Source: Candidatus Babeliales bacterium
GTDB lineage: Bacteria > Babelota > Babeliae > Babelales > JANWKD01
Reading direction: 5' to 3'
Length of the DNA: 64,000 nucleotides
Assembly: GCA_963762115.1 (NCBI GenBank)
Contig: CAVXJH010000006.1
Location: 32,001 to 96,000 of the forward strand
Shown: one piece after another, positions 41,651 to 52,086 of the stretch
Position numbering within the stretch: the stretch's first letter is position 1
Layout: every line of letters begins with the position of its first letter
The notes under the pieces: generated by a model
Databases searched by the model: none
What the model saw: only the letters and a program-made list of their open reading frames with translations
Told to the model about the DNA's origin: nothing
Translations under genes and position numbers: made by a program

Positions 41651-43123
41651 ATGAAAAAACTACTATTTTTTATATTTTGTTTAACAATGATAGCTCAAAA
41701 AAATCTCCATTCTATGGAGAAATTTACTGAAGAATCCGAAGATAAATCTGTTGAAATGGTAAACTTAGTTGACGTACTACCACATGTTGCTGGCGATGAA
41801 TTTTTAACTCGTATCGTACAATTAGCAACACATTTAAATACACCAATTGAATTTAATAAAGAGAGAACATCATGCTTTCAATTTGGCCCACAGCAAATTC
41901 TCGATAAAGGCTCACATCAAGTTACTTTATATTCTAGAAATGAATGGGCTCCTTCATGCAATTTAAATCCCGCACAAATTGTATTTGTAGACCAAACAGA
42001 TAAAAATCATTGCTCATTTAACGTTTAATGTTGGCACAGAGATGTTACTCAATTTGGCATTGATAGATATGATGAAACTAAATATAGAATCGATGATGAT
42101 GCACAAAAGAAACGCTTTATGGCATCTACCTCGCTTGAAACAAAAACACCTTTTTTTGATGGCCCTAGCGATGATGGCATATTTATTATTGCAGGAAATT
42201 CAAAACATAAAGAGGAGGTAACTAAAGAAAAAGTAGAAGATACCACTGATATAGCAGAAATACCACAAGAACAAGGATGCTTCTCACGTATATTTAGTTC
42301 CAACAAAAAAGAGAACCCTATCCCCATTCTAAGCCGTCAAAAAGTTTATGAATATTATATAGGAAAATTTAATCAGAAAAGTACCAATCTATACAGACAA
42401 AATATTTATGACAATAAAGAAAACAATGAATTTAATGTTACATCGCCTAGAATTATAGGCACTCTTTCAGCTCTTGCGCTTTGCAAAACAAGAAATTGGA
42501 ATCCAAAAGATCCTACCGATAACAAAAATCGTTTTGCACTTGCAGATGATAAGGGAATATCAATCTATGAAATAAAAGAAGCTGTTAAACAATCTAAGCG
42601 TCATAAAAAAAATAAAGCTGTGATGTCTGTACAACGCATTGGGTTTGGAGAATTATTCAAGCAAAATGAAGATATTATTAATTCCACCCGACGAAGAATT
42701 ATGAATAGCGACGCTACCATAATAAAGCTTAGTTTTATAACACCAAAAACTTTGTTGGGGCTTACTCATTCAGGAAAATTATTTAGTTTTGCATTAGATA
42801 CACAATTCAACACCATTACATCTGCACCACACACTATTAAAAATAAAGAAGGACAAGAATTAGTTGTGCATAATTTTGCTCTTAATCCTTGCAAACCTAA
42901 TCAGGTTGTTCTTTGTACAAAAGAAGGCAACATTCTTTATTTGAATCTTAAACATTGTATGAAACCAGCTCAGGGAAAAAAAGCAAAACTTTTGATGAGT
43001 GTAGAAAAACTTCCTGATTCAATGTGGTTTTATGATACAAGACTCTGCTTAGGAAGTTATTTTGCACTTGAAACTGAAAATTATACCTTAGCTGATTTAG
43101 ATTTAAGACTGGAAAAAAAATAA
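41651..43123 (+). pseudogene. Paralog of 43181..44500 interrupted by a single in-frame TAA (42026-42028)
   Basis: Two ORFs in the same frame; the paralog has CAA(Q) at the aligned codon. Confidence 0.8.
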
Positions 43124-43180
43124 AAATATTTTAAAAATTTTGCAAAACGTCTTCAGCATGCTCTAAAGGAATTTCTTGTA

Positions 43181-44500
43181 ATGAAAAAACTACTATTTTT
43201 TATATTTTGTTTAACAATAATAGCTCAAAAAAATCTCCATTCTATGGAAAAATTCATTGAAGAATCCGAAGTTAAACCTTTCGAAATGATAAACTTAGTT
43301 GACGCGCTACCCAATGTCGAAGGCGATGCATTATTAATTCGAGTCATACAATTAGCCACACATTCAGATGCTAAAATCGAATTTAGCAAAGATAAAACAT
43401 CATGCTTTCAATTTGGCCCACAGCAAATCTCTGGTAAAAAATCAAATAGAGTTACCTTATACTCAGATGAAGAATGGACTCCTTCAATCAACTTAAACTC
43501 CACGCAAATCGAACAAGATGAAGAAGACTATTTATTTACTGTTCAATGTTACCACGAAAATGTTACTCAATTTGGCATTATTGGCATTGATAGATATATT
43601 AAAACTAAATATAGAATTGATGATGATGCACAAGAAAAGCGCTTTATGGCTTCAGCATCACTTGAAACAAGAAAACCGTTCTTTGATGGCCCTACCAATG
43701 ACATATTTATTATTGCAGGAAATTCAAAAGAAATTAAAGAATATGAATATTATATAGGAAAATTTAATTCGAAAAGTACCGATCTATACAAACAAGATAT
43801 TAATGACATTTTAAAAGAAAATAATAAGTTTAATGTTACATCGCCTAGAATTATAGGAACTCTTTCAGCACTTGCGCTTTGTAAAACAAGAAATTGGAAT
43901 CCTAATGATCCCACCGATAACAAAAATCGTTTTGCACTTGCAGATGATCGTGGAATATCAATCTATGAAATAGAAGAAGCTGTTGAACAATCTAAGGATA
44001 AAGCTGCTATGTCAGTGCAACAAATTGGTTTTGGCCTATCTATAATAAAGAAAAAAAACATAACAGAAAAAGATACATGTATTGAAGTTCCTGTATTACT
44101 AAAAAAAATTAGCTTTATAACACCAAAAACATTATTAGGGCTTTCAGAGTCAGGCAGATTATTTAGTATCGCCTTAGACAAAAAATGGGGTACAATTACT
44201 TTAGAACCGCAAACAATTAAAAACAATCAAGGAGAAATATTAGATTTTCATACCTTTGCACTCAATCCTTGCAAACCTCATCAAGTTGTTCTGTGCACTA
44301 GGGGATGCCAAATCCTTTATTTAAATCTTAAAAATTGTTTAAACCCTGACGAAAAAAAGGTAAGATTTTTGATGCCAACAAAAAGACTCCCTGATTCAAT
44401 GTGGTTTTATAACACCAGACTTTGCTTAGGGAATTATTCTGCTATTAAAACTGAAAATTATACCTTAGCTGATTTAGATTTAAGACTGGAAAAAGATTAG
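43181..44500 (+). CDS. Secreted hypothetical protein, possibly beta-propeller-like; intact tandem paralog
   Basis: Signal ending LHS-ME; long near-identical blocks with 41651..43123. Confidence 0.75.
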   Translation: MKKLLFFIFCLTIIAQKNLHSMEKFIEESEVKPFEMINLVDALPNVEGDALLIRVIQLATHSDAKIEFSKDKTSCFQFGPQQISGKKSNRVTLYSDEEWTPSINLNSTQIEQDEEDYLFTVQCYHENVTQFGIIGIDRYIKTKYRIDDDAQEKRFMASASLETRKPFFDGPTNDIFIIAGNSKEIKEYEYYIGKFNSKSTDLYKQDINDILKENNKFNVTSPRIIGTLSALALCKTRNWNPNDPTDNKNRFALADDRGISIYEIEEAVEQSKDKAAMSVQQIGFGLSIIKKKNITEKDTCIEVPVLLKKISFITPKTLLGLSESGRLFSIALDKKWGTITLEPQTIKNNQGEILDFHTFALNPCKPHQVVLCTRGCQILYLNLKNCLNPDEKKVRFLMPTKRLPDSMWFYNTRLCLGNYSAIKTENYTLADLDLRLEKD

Positions 44501-44728
44501 AAGATATCTTTGATATTTTGCCAACTAATAATAGTCCCTTTTTCTCGATGTTGATTATTTTGACCAACATAAATTATATTAGCTTAAATTTAAATTAGTA
44601 TTTTTTACAATCTTTTCGAATAAAAACTTAGCTATTTTTATCGCTTACAGGTTTGACTAATCTTACATCGCTATGTCATATTAGTCAGAATTTTAATTCT
44701 GATTGAAAACAGTCTAAATTCGCAAACG

Positions 44729-44787
44729 CTAAAACTTCCAACACATTTCAATTTCGCCGCCAAGATCACCACGTTCATCGCGAATGC
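44729..44787 (-). repeat. tamB 3'-end copy D (partial)
   Basis: Encodes IRDERGDLGGEIEMCWKF*. Confidence 0.9.
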
Positions 44788-44832
44788 TAGAAATTGTCCT
44801 TTAAAAAAACTCAGGTAAAATGAATAGTAATG

Positions 44833-47421
44833 TTATTTTTTTTCAAAAACAGAAAGACCTGATAAACCTTCTGCGCTAAGATTATGAGGATGGACACGTT
44901 GCGCCGACAAACTATTTATTAAATTATTCATTTTTTCTGTTGTTAACTTTTTTTCTATTTTAACTTGATAATGAGATGGAGAGTCGTCATCAAGAAATAT
45001 ACCTTTTCTAATTCTCATTTTTGTACTCAAAACACTGAGCATTGTTTGTGCTTCATCGATAGCAGGTTTTGTTATTTCCGGCGATAGAATATCTCTATTT
45101 TCTTCTGCTAGTTTCCGCAAACAAACAATTTGATCACCTCCATTGCGAAGAACTTCATGAGTTATAAATTTTTTATGAGCCTTACACGAATCAACTATCG
45201 CCCGTAAAGAATCAATATAAAGACCCGTAGTCTGCTCAATTGCTCTATTGTTTAATTCCTCTTTGGTAGATTTTGCAAACTGCATGCGAGGAAGCCTTGT
45301 TATAAAATCTATTCCTTGTTGAGGGTGATCAAATGAATCTATAATTTTTTTGTTATCTTCAAGCGCCGAAGTTTGATCTAACTGTTCAATTTCTCCTTGC
45401 GAAAATAATTTCATAAGATCGGCAGAGGAATGTATTTCAGCTAAGGCGCCTTTTGCTCTAACAATTTCTCTTACTCTTTGCTTAACTCGTTGTTTAAATT
45501 TTGTTACTTTTTTTTCACCATACATTCTTTCAGCTTCACTATCAATAAGACTAACAAGTTTTCGTGGGCGATTACTGCAAAGATCTTTATTAATGCTTTG
45601 TTTTAAGGCAACAATTGTTGCTTCTACTGAAAGAATGTTGTCCTGATTACTTTCAGATATTCTTAATCTGTGTTCAATATCAGTTTTTTGTATTTTTTTG
45701 AGAGCAACAAGATTCCTGACATTTTTACTTAGCATATGATTAAACGTGTCAATCGGAAAAGAATTATCAATGGTAATCAAATATTTAGTTGCTTCATCAT
45801 TAAATCGACTTACCTGCACATCTAGATCTTTACAATTTGAAACTCGATCGACAAACCAATCCACAAGATTTTTCTTAATAAGATCATGAATTTTTTCTAA
45901 CGTCGACACATCATACCCACTTAAAAAATCATCATTTATAACACTTTCAAAGGGTTCATTTGCATATATAGGTGGTTTTATATGTTTCTCGACAAATGCT
46001 TCAGCAATCACTTCTGGTTTTTCATTTTCAATATAATCTTCAATTCTACAAGTAAGTAATCTTTGCTCGAAAGAAGTAAATGTTGCAAATATCGGATGTG
46101 TTTTCAAAAAGTTCAAATCTGCTTTTCTACCATTTTCTCGAGCAGCTTCCAATGAAAGCTTATAAAGAAGCTGTTCAAACGTAGGTTCAGCAAGAGTATT
46201 AAATTCAGTAAATTTTACGCCATCATCCTTATGAGTATAAAAATCTGAATCAACAAGATGATTATTATCCAAAGATTGACTATAAAGAGTTGGATCAGAC
46301 CGCATATGAAAAATTTTTTTTACTTTTCCATCAAAAGAAACATTATTGAGTGCATTGTTATGGATAACTATGAGCTTATTTCCGGGCGCTATCGCCACTA
46401 CATCGTCATATTGTTTACGCAGTGATTCCTGCTTAACATCAAACAAAAATCCTTCTTTTTCATCTTTTTTTAAAAAAATAAATTTACTGTCCGGTGAAAT
46501 AATACTTTTACTCACGGGCATCTCAACTGCAATTTTTTTTGGCACAAAAAAATCTGCACACCGTGAATCAGGAATATTTTGATCCCATTTATAGACTTCA
46601 CCTTTGCTATTAACTGAAACAAAATATGAACCATTTGGTGCACATGACAGATGAGTTATAGGATCTTTTTCAACTCCTTTCAAGAAAAATTTCTTCCATT
46701 TACCTTTTCTTGCAAAAGGATTATCGTATTCAATAGTTATTCCCTCAATAGAACCATCAGCATAACCAACAAAAAGAACGTTATTATCAGCCGAAAAAGT
46801 AAGAGAATGAAACAAAGCAGCATCAACCTTTCTTCCTGTAATACTGGGAAATAAATGTTGGTTGAGAATAATAAATAGCTGGGTATCACTAGCAACTGCT
46901 ATGCAACTATTATCTTGCGTTGAAGTAATATATTTAATTTTTCCCTGACAAGGATTGTTTCTACAGGTTAGTATTCTCCCATCTAAAATACCAATAGTAT
47001 CAAAAGGCTCATCATACCACATGCAAAGTTTCGCATTATACCATTGAACATCAACATGGCCAGGTACGAATGCTCGACATTTCCATGTTGGCTGCGTATG
47101 AGCTTTCCAATATTGCAATAAGCAATTAGGTGAAATCTTCAGATGTTCTAATTGCTCAAACATTTCTTCAATTACTTGCTTTGACGCAAGAGGATCTTTG
47201 GTATCAATATTATCTTTAACGTTATTTGCTATTGCACCTAAACAAATAGCTCGAAGACTTTTCATAAAACCTGAATTGGGATAAAAATGATGGTAATCTT
47301 TTCTACTATCAAATTTTTCTTGAGGAACCGTTTTTTCAGGTTCAGACATCCCAAAAAGCATGTAAGGAATAATGGCAGCAGTCATCAACAGAATAATTAA
47401 AAAGTGCGAGCATTTTTTCAT
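44833..47421 (-). CDS. Large secreted protein with WD40-like region (cassette cargo)
   Basis: Signal peptide; SLTFSADNNVLFVGYADGSI, ITHLSCAPNGSYFVS..KWD, SIISPDSKF. Confidence 0.75.
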   Translation of the reverse strand: MKKCSHFLIILLMTAAIIPYMLFGMSEPEKTVPQEKFDSRKDYHHFYPNSGFMKSLRAICLGAIANNVKDNIDTKDPLASKQVIEEMFEQLEHLKISPNCLLQYWKAHTQPTWKCRAFVPGHVDVQWYNAKLCMWYDEPFDTIGILDGRILTCRNNPCQGKIKYITSTQDNSCIAVASDTQLFIILNQHLFPSITGRKVDAALFHSLTFSADNNVLFVGYADGSIEGITIEYDNPFARKGKWKKFFLKGVEKDPITHLSCAPNGSYFVSVNSKGEVYKWDQNIPDSRCADFFVPKKIAVEMPVSKSIISPDSKFIFLKKDEKEGFLFDVKQESLRKQYDDVVAIAPGNKLIVIHNNALNNVSFDGKVKKIFHMRSDPTLYSQSLDNNHLVDSDFYTHKDDGVKFTEFNTLAEPTFEQLLYKLSLEAARENGRKADLNFLKTHPIFATFTSFEQRLLTCRIEDYIENEKPEVIAEAFVEKHIKPPIYANEPFESVINDDFLSGYDVSTLEKIHDLIKKNLVDWFVDRVSNCKDLDVQVSRFNDEATKYLITIDNSFPIDTFNHMLSKNVRNLVALKKIQKTDIEHRLRISESNQDNILSVEATIVALKQSINKDLCSNRPRKLVSLIDSEAERMYGEKKVTKFKQRVKQRVREIVRAKGALAEIHSSADLMKLFSQGEIEQLDQTSALEDNKKIIDSFDHPQQGIDFITRLPRMQFAKSTKEELNNRAIEQTTGLYIDSLRAIVDSCKAHKKFITHEVLRNGGDQIVCLRKLAEENRDILSPEITKPAIDEAQTMLSVLSTKMRIRKGIFLDDDSPSHYQVKIEKKLTTEKMNNLINSLSAQRVHPHNLSAEGLSGLSVFEKK

Positions 47422-47564
47422 ATAATAATTTTTTCATTCTTTAAAGATATCTTTAATCAGTTTTTTAATAACAATATGCACACTTGTAATTATGAATAAA
47501 AAGACTAAAAATGCAATCGCGATACTAGAAAATATACCGTTTTAGGGATTTTTTAAGAACAGTG

Positions 47565-47694
47565 CTAAAATTTCCAACGCATTTCAATTTCACCGCCAAG
47601 GTCACCACGTTCATCGCGAATGCCGCGAATGGCAATATCATCAGCAAAGAAATATTCGACCCCCCACATAAATCATTGATATGCTTATTACCTA
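47565..47694 (-). repeat. tamB 3'-end copy C plus conserved arm
   Basis: VEYFFADDIAIRGIRDERGDLGGEIEMRWKF* preceded (gene sense) by TAGGTAATAAGCATATCAATGATTTATGTGG. Confidence 0.95.
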
Positions 47695-47748
47695 TTTGAT
47701 ACCATACAAATCAAATAAAAATTCTCTTTAAAAAAAAGGATTTAAAAA

Positions 47749-48408
47749 ATGCAAACTATAGCAAAAAACTTACATACTTTTTTGTTAATAACAATATCTT
47801 TTTTTACGATAAACTACCTACAATCCATGCAACAGGAAGCACTATTAAGAAATGAACTTTCAACACTTGAAAAAAAATTATTCGATCTACAAACAGCTCT
47901 CAACACTTCTATAATACCTTCAACCCCAAAAAAACAGCCGATTCATCTTGTCACTCCAGGAGCATTAAATTTTGAAAATATACCTTACTATGTTTCAGGC
48001 GCAGGATCATTACCAAGCTTTACAAATACTTTTATAAAAAATATTGAAGATGAATTAATAATTTCATTCAAAAAAACATCTAACATAGAAGAAATAGGTT
48101 CATCAAACATAGGATTTTATTTTAGTTCTCTAATTACTTCAAGATTTACTAATTTAATTAAAGGTACTGTAACTAAATTGCAACAAGCAAGAGCTAGTCA
48201 ACCTAATAACATTATTCTTATAATGTTTACCGGAGAAAAAAAATCACTTATTAAAAAATATGAAGATTCAAAAGAGGCTGAAGAGTTAACAAAAACACAT
48301 ATATATCCTTTTATATTTCAGTCGAGTAAAGAAAATATCTTCGATAGAGATTTTAACAAAAAAAAATTAATAAAAGTCATTGAAAGCCTTGAGTTACTCG
48401 GAACATGA
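47749..48408 (+). CDS. Secreted hypothetical protein (cassette cargo)
   Basis: RBS AAGGA, signal ending LQS-MQ, short coiled coil. Confidence 0.7.
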   Translation: MQTIAKNLHTFLLITISFFTINYLQSMQQEALLRNELSTLEKKLFDLQTALNTSIIPSTPKKQPIHLVTPGALNFENIPYYVSGAGSLPSFTNTFIKNIEDELIISFKKTSNIEEIGSSNIGFYFSSLITSRFTNLIKGTVTKLQQARASQPNNIILIMFTGEKKSLIKKYEDSKEAEELTKTHIYPFIFQSSKENIFDRDFNKKKLIKVIESLELLGT

Positions 48409-48415
48409 TAGTTTT

Positions 48416-48544
48416 CTAAAACTTCCACCGCATTTCAATTTCACCACCAAGATCACCGCGTTCATCGCGAATGCCGCGAATGGCAATATCATCAGCAAAG
48501 AAATATTCAACCTCCACATAAATTATTGATATGCTTATTACCTA
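48416..48544 (-). repeat. tamB 3'-end copy B plus conserved arm
   Basis: EVEYFF..EMRWKF* preceded (gene sense) by TAGGTAATAAGCATATCAATAATTTATGTGG. Confidence 0.95.
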
Positions 48545-48576
48545 AGCAATTAGAAAATGTTATAGCGAAAATCACA

Positions 48577-49005
48577 TCACTCGGAGCATGATCCTTTAAA
48601 ATTAATATTCTCCAACATTCTCAACGTTGCAAAATATTCATAAATTCGAGAACAAGTCTCCTTAGCTGTTTCTTCATTATAATCATGTGTTGTTGCATTT
48701 CTTGCTTCAGAAATATCTAAGAGTTTTTTTGTTTCTTCTTGAGTTATAATATTTAATAAAAAACATTCACGAAAAATTGCTTTTGGTGATGCAAGCTCGA
48801 CGGAATGAAGTTCTTTAATATACTGCTGAAGAAACTTCCAACACATTTCATAGCAAATTTCAAAATGCTTAACCAATGAAGCGACAGCATTTTCTAATTC
48901 ATCTGTTGCGGCATTAGCAGCATATTTACTTGAAAATTTTAAACTCCGTTCCAATGCACTCAATGATTTTAAAAACTTTTGGTGTGCAAAAACTAACTTT
49001 TCCAC
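48577..49005 (-). CDS. HEPN / nucleotidyltransferase substrate-binding protein (HI0074 family), TA toxin
   Basis: FEICYEMCWK, SPKAIFR, RNATTHDY (Rx4H). Confidence 0.9.
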   Translation of the reverse strand: MEKLVFAHQKFLKSLSALERSLKFSSKYAANAATDELENAVASLVKHFEICYEMCWKFLQQYIKELHSVELASPKAIFRECFLLNIITQEETKKLLDISEARNATTHDYNEETAKETCSRIYEYFATLRMLENINFKGSCSE

Positions 49006-49283
49006 AAAATTCCCTCTTTCATAATATTTTCTTTTAATGCAAGAGGAATTCTATTAAAATCAACAACATCAACTTTCTGAGGAATATTAAGGGCATCTAT
49101 CATACTAACTATTTGACCTTTTTGCGTCATTGACATTGGACTTTTTGCATCTATTGCAATATCAATATCAGAAGTCTCTGCATAATCTCCCCGAGCACGA
49201 GACCCAAAAAGATATATTTTTGCTTCTGGAAAAAATATAGTAATAACCTTGATAATTCGTTCTTTTTGCTCTTTATTTGGCAT
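48993..49283 (-). CDS. Minimal nucleotidyltransferase (MNT) antitoxin
   Basis: YLFGSRARGD..SDIDIA, KVDVV. Confidence 0.92.
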   Translation of the reverse strand: MPNKEQKERIIKVITIFFPEAKIYLFGSRARGDYAETSDIDIAIDAKSPMSMTQKGQIVSMIDALNIPQKVDVVDFNRIPLALKENIMKEGILWKS

Positions 49284-49347
49284 ATTTTTTTCTAACGTAT
49301 TTGTTAAATTGATATATCATTAGCTCTATAACAATAAAGTAATTTTT

Positions 49348-52086
49348 CTAAAACTTCCACCGCATTTCAATTTCACCACCCAGGTCACCGCGTTCATCGC
49401 GAATGCCGCGAATGGCAATATCATCAGCAAAGAAATATTCAACTTCAAGCTTTATATCTTCGGGCAAACTAAAGTTTCTTTGAATTGTGCCATGCAGTTG
49501 ATCATTCACTTCAATTTCAATCGCGCCACGAAAGCCGCCACGGCCTTGAGGGTCAAAAAATTTCGGCACAAAACGAATGTGCTTCAGAGGACCAAGAAGG
49601 TTTTTGAAATACCGCTCTAGTTTTGAAGATGATTGCTCAGGACCAAAGAGAACATTCTGCATACTTTGCATGATAACTGAAGGTACCACTAAACTTAACG
49701 AACCCTCTTCTGAACCAGCCAATAATAACGTGATTATTTGTTCCTCGGTGAGGGGCGGGGTTGATTCAAAAGAAATATGTGGATTTTGCAAAGAACCATC
49801 ACAACGCATAACAATATGATATTTTCGAATCATGCCTTTTGCTACCAAGTCAACAAGAGGATCAAAAAGTTGATTAGGAAGAAAATAAATTGTCGCATTG
49901 GTGATTGTTAATGGTTTATAAGGAAATGCCAAAACACCTCGCTCTAAGTTTAATGCCCCTGAAACACGTGGGTTTTGTGATGTTCCTTGCACGGCAATGT
50001 TTAATCGCGCATTTGCCTCTAAGAATGATGTTTTTACTTGTAATGAATCTTTAGTTTGCACCGTAAGGTCAATAGCACATTGATGTTGATCATCAGCGAC
50101 TTTTGACCGCGATAAAAATGAAAAGTTTTGTTGTTGCGCTACTAATGAAAAAATATTTTTTTTCATATATGCCTTATCGATGATCACTGAACCTTGCAAA
50201 GCAGGCATACTATTTTTTACGTGCGTCCAAATAATATGCCCTGAGAGCAAGGCAAAAAAATCTTTATCAAGAGCCAATAATGTTTTTTGCAAAGAACAGG
50301 GAAAATACATATAAGAAATAGTTGCATCAGAATCAAATTCAATAATTGCTCGCTTTGTTTCAAGAGCACCGCGATCAAGTTCAAGCCTAGCTTGATGTAT
50401 TACCATTTTCCTTGTTGTAACATCAAAAGTAAGTGAACTTTGTAGCCCACGAATAAGATTATATATTCCTGGAATGCGAATATTACTGTTTTCTGTTGCA
50501 ATCTTTAAGTCTAGCTTTTCAGAGGCTAACTCACCTGAAAATAAAAATTTTCCCTCACCAGGAATCTTATTGGCACATACAAAATCAACACAATTTTGTA
50601 GCAACTGATACTCAATAACTCCTTGAAATTGGTGCCAATCTTCTTTTTTTGTCGTTAATGAAAAGAGATTTTTGGCAGCAGAATCCTGATAATGCATTTG
50701 CAGCAATGTTTGCGTTGGCATCAAATTAATTGCTACATCAAAAGGACTTTCGTTAATCTTACCTGATGCGTTATAATGACAATTCGACCCTTGTAAAATT
50801 CCTTGAGCATCAATCGGCATATTTTTTTCATCATGCTCAGCATGCACAGCAAAAGCAACAGAACATGAACCACTCAAACTAAAATCGGCTTGCAAAGAAA
50901 GACCATGCGGCTCAATTTTATATGATGCCTGAGAAATAAGTAGGGGAGAATTATTGGAAAAATGCACATTTCCTTGCCCTGTTTCAGGATTGATTGACCA
51001 TATGCCCTCAATATTTTTTTGTTCATTACTACCTACACAAAAATCGCCAAACCATTTTTGATTATCAAGCGTAAAACTACTCTGTAATGATCCTAGAATG
51101 TTTCCCACGTAAGGAATATCATTAATTTCTAAATTTCCCTGAATAGCAAGACAATCATTATACGTAATATGCGCTTTCACGTTACCAATACCATCAAGCG
51201 TAGAAGCATCGGGGAGTATATTTTTTTGTAAAAAGCTCAGTGGCGTACTCATAACAAGATCACCGGCAACATTTTTTTTATCAGTTAGTTGTATGTCATT
51301 TACCCCAATAAAAAAAGAATCTTCGTGGTTATGCAACACAAAAGATCCTTGCGTTTCTTGCCAGTTACCCTGATAAGAACAATATTGTTTTGTCACCTCT
51401 AAATCAGGAAAGAGTACATTTCCTTGCACCTGCAGCGTAACACAAGGATCTTCGATATTTTTTACAAAAATTTTTGTAAGAAACGACCAATCTTTGCAAA
51501 ACTTTTTATGTCCTTGTTGTATTGCACCATCAATTGCCGAAAGGTCAATTTTTATATTTTTATTATTCATATAGGTATGTAAATTAAATTGAGTTACATA
51601 ATGAACATCATGCTCATAATCATCTAAGCCAAAATGTCCTTTTGTTACATGCAATTCTTGCAATCCTACAGGAAATCCTTCTGCGCCTCCCATCAAGCGC
51701 AGTAAATGATGAACAATGCCAATATCACAACCTTTTAATCGCGATTGTGCGTTCACTTGCTCTAATACAACGGTTAAATTAAATCCTAATGTCACCAAAA
51801 AATTTAACCAAGAAAAACTAAGATTAAATTTTTTTGCATGCCATTCCCACTCACCCTTTTCATCTGATAGTGTTGAAACATTATGTAACTCAATCTCACC
51901 ACCAAGAATATCAATTTTTGATACCGTACCATTCAAACAACAAGAAAATGTTTCTGCAAAAATAGTTTTCAAATTTTTTTCTAAAAATTTTTTAAACGCA
52001 TCATCATGCTCAAGCAAATAAAAAAATAATTTTATACCAAGAAAAATAATCAAAAACAGCTGCAAAAAAAACCTAATTTTCCTCAT
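49348..52086 (-). CDS. tamB: Translocation/assembly module TamB-domain protein
   Basis: N-terminal anchor, beta-rich body, GTSQNPRVSG, GSLQNP..FESTPPLTEEQIITLLL, terminal beta-strand ending WKF; ATGA overlap with upstream gene. Confidence 0.8.
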   Translation of the reverse strand: MRKIRFFLQLFLIIFLGIKLFFYLLEHDDAFKKFLEKNLKTIFAETFSCCLNGTVSKIDILGGEIELHNVSTLSDEKGEWEWHAKKFNLSFSWLNFLVTLGFNLTVVLEQVNAQSRLKGCDIGIVHHLLRLMGGAEGFPVGLQELHVTKGHFGLDDYEHDVHYVTQFNLHTYMNNKNIKIDLSAIDGAIQQGHKKFCKDWSFLTKIFVKNIEDPCVTLQVQGNVLFPDLEVTKQYCSYQGNWQETQGSFVLHNHEDSFFIGVNDIQLTDKKNVAGDLVMSTPLSFLQKNILPDASTLDGIGNVKAHITYNDCLAIQGNLEINDIPYVGNILGSLQSSFTLDNQKWFGDFCVGSNEQKNIEGIWSINPETGQGNVHFSNNSPLLISQASYKIEPHGLSLQADFSLSGSCSVAFAVHAEHDEKNMPIDAQGILQGSNCHYNASGKINESPFDVAINLMPTQTLLQMHYQDSAAKNLFSLTTKKEDWHQFQGVIEYQLLQNCVDFVCANKIPGEGKFLFSGELASEKLDLKIATENSNIRIPGIYNLIRGLQSSLTFDVTTRKMVIHQARLELDRGALETKRAIIEFDSDATISYMYFPCSLQKTLLALDKDFFALLSGHIIWTHVKNSMPALQGSVIIDKAYMKKNIFSLVAQQQNFSFLSRSKVADDQHQCAIDLTVQTKDSLQVKTSFLEANARLNIAVQGTSQNPRVSGALNLERGVLAFPYKPLTITNATIYFLPNQLFDPLVDLVAKGMIRKYHIVMRCDGSLQNPHISFESTPPLTEEQIITLLLAGSEEGSLSLVVPSVIMQSMQNVLFGPEQSSSKLERYFKNLLGPLKHIRFVPKFFDPQGRGGFRGAIEIEVNDQLHGTIQRNFSLPEDIKLEVEYFFADDIAIRGIRDERGDLGGEIEMRWKF

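Noticed and set aside
42026..42028. TAA read-through or alternative genetic code
   Set aside because: TAA, TAG and TGA all terminate conserved genes normally in this window; a single C>T change explains it.
44729..49446. tamB-end repeats as a diversity-generating retroelement TR/VR pair or as C-terminal swapping cassettes
   Set aside because: Differences are synonymous and not adenine-specific, the encoded peptide is essentially unchanged, and no reverse transcriptase is present.
44729..49446. Repeats as a CRISPR array or classical integron attC sites
   Set aside because: Repeats are 59-130 bp of coding sequence with kb-scale gene-bearing spacers; no cas or intI gene and no attC-type palindrome.
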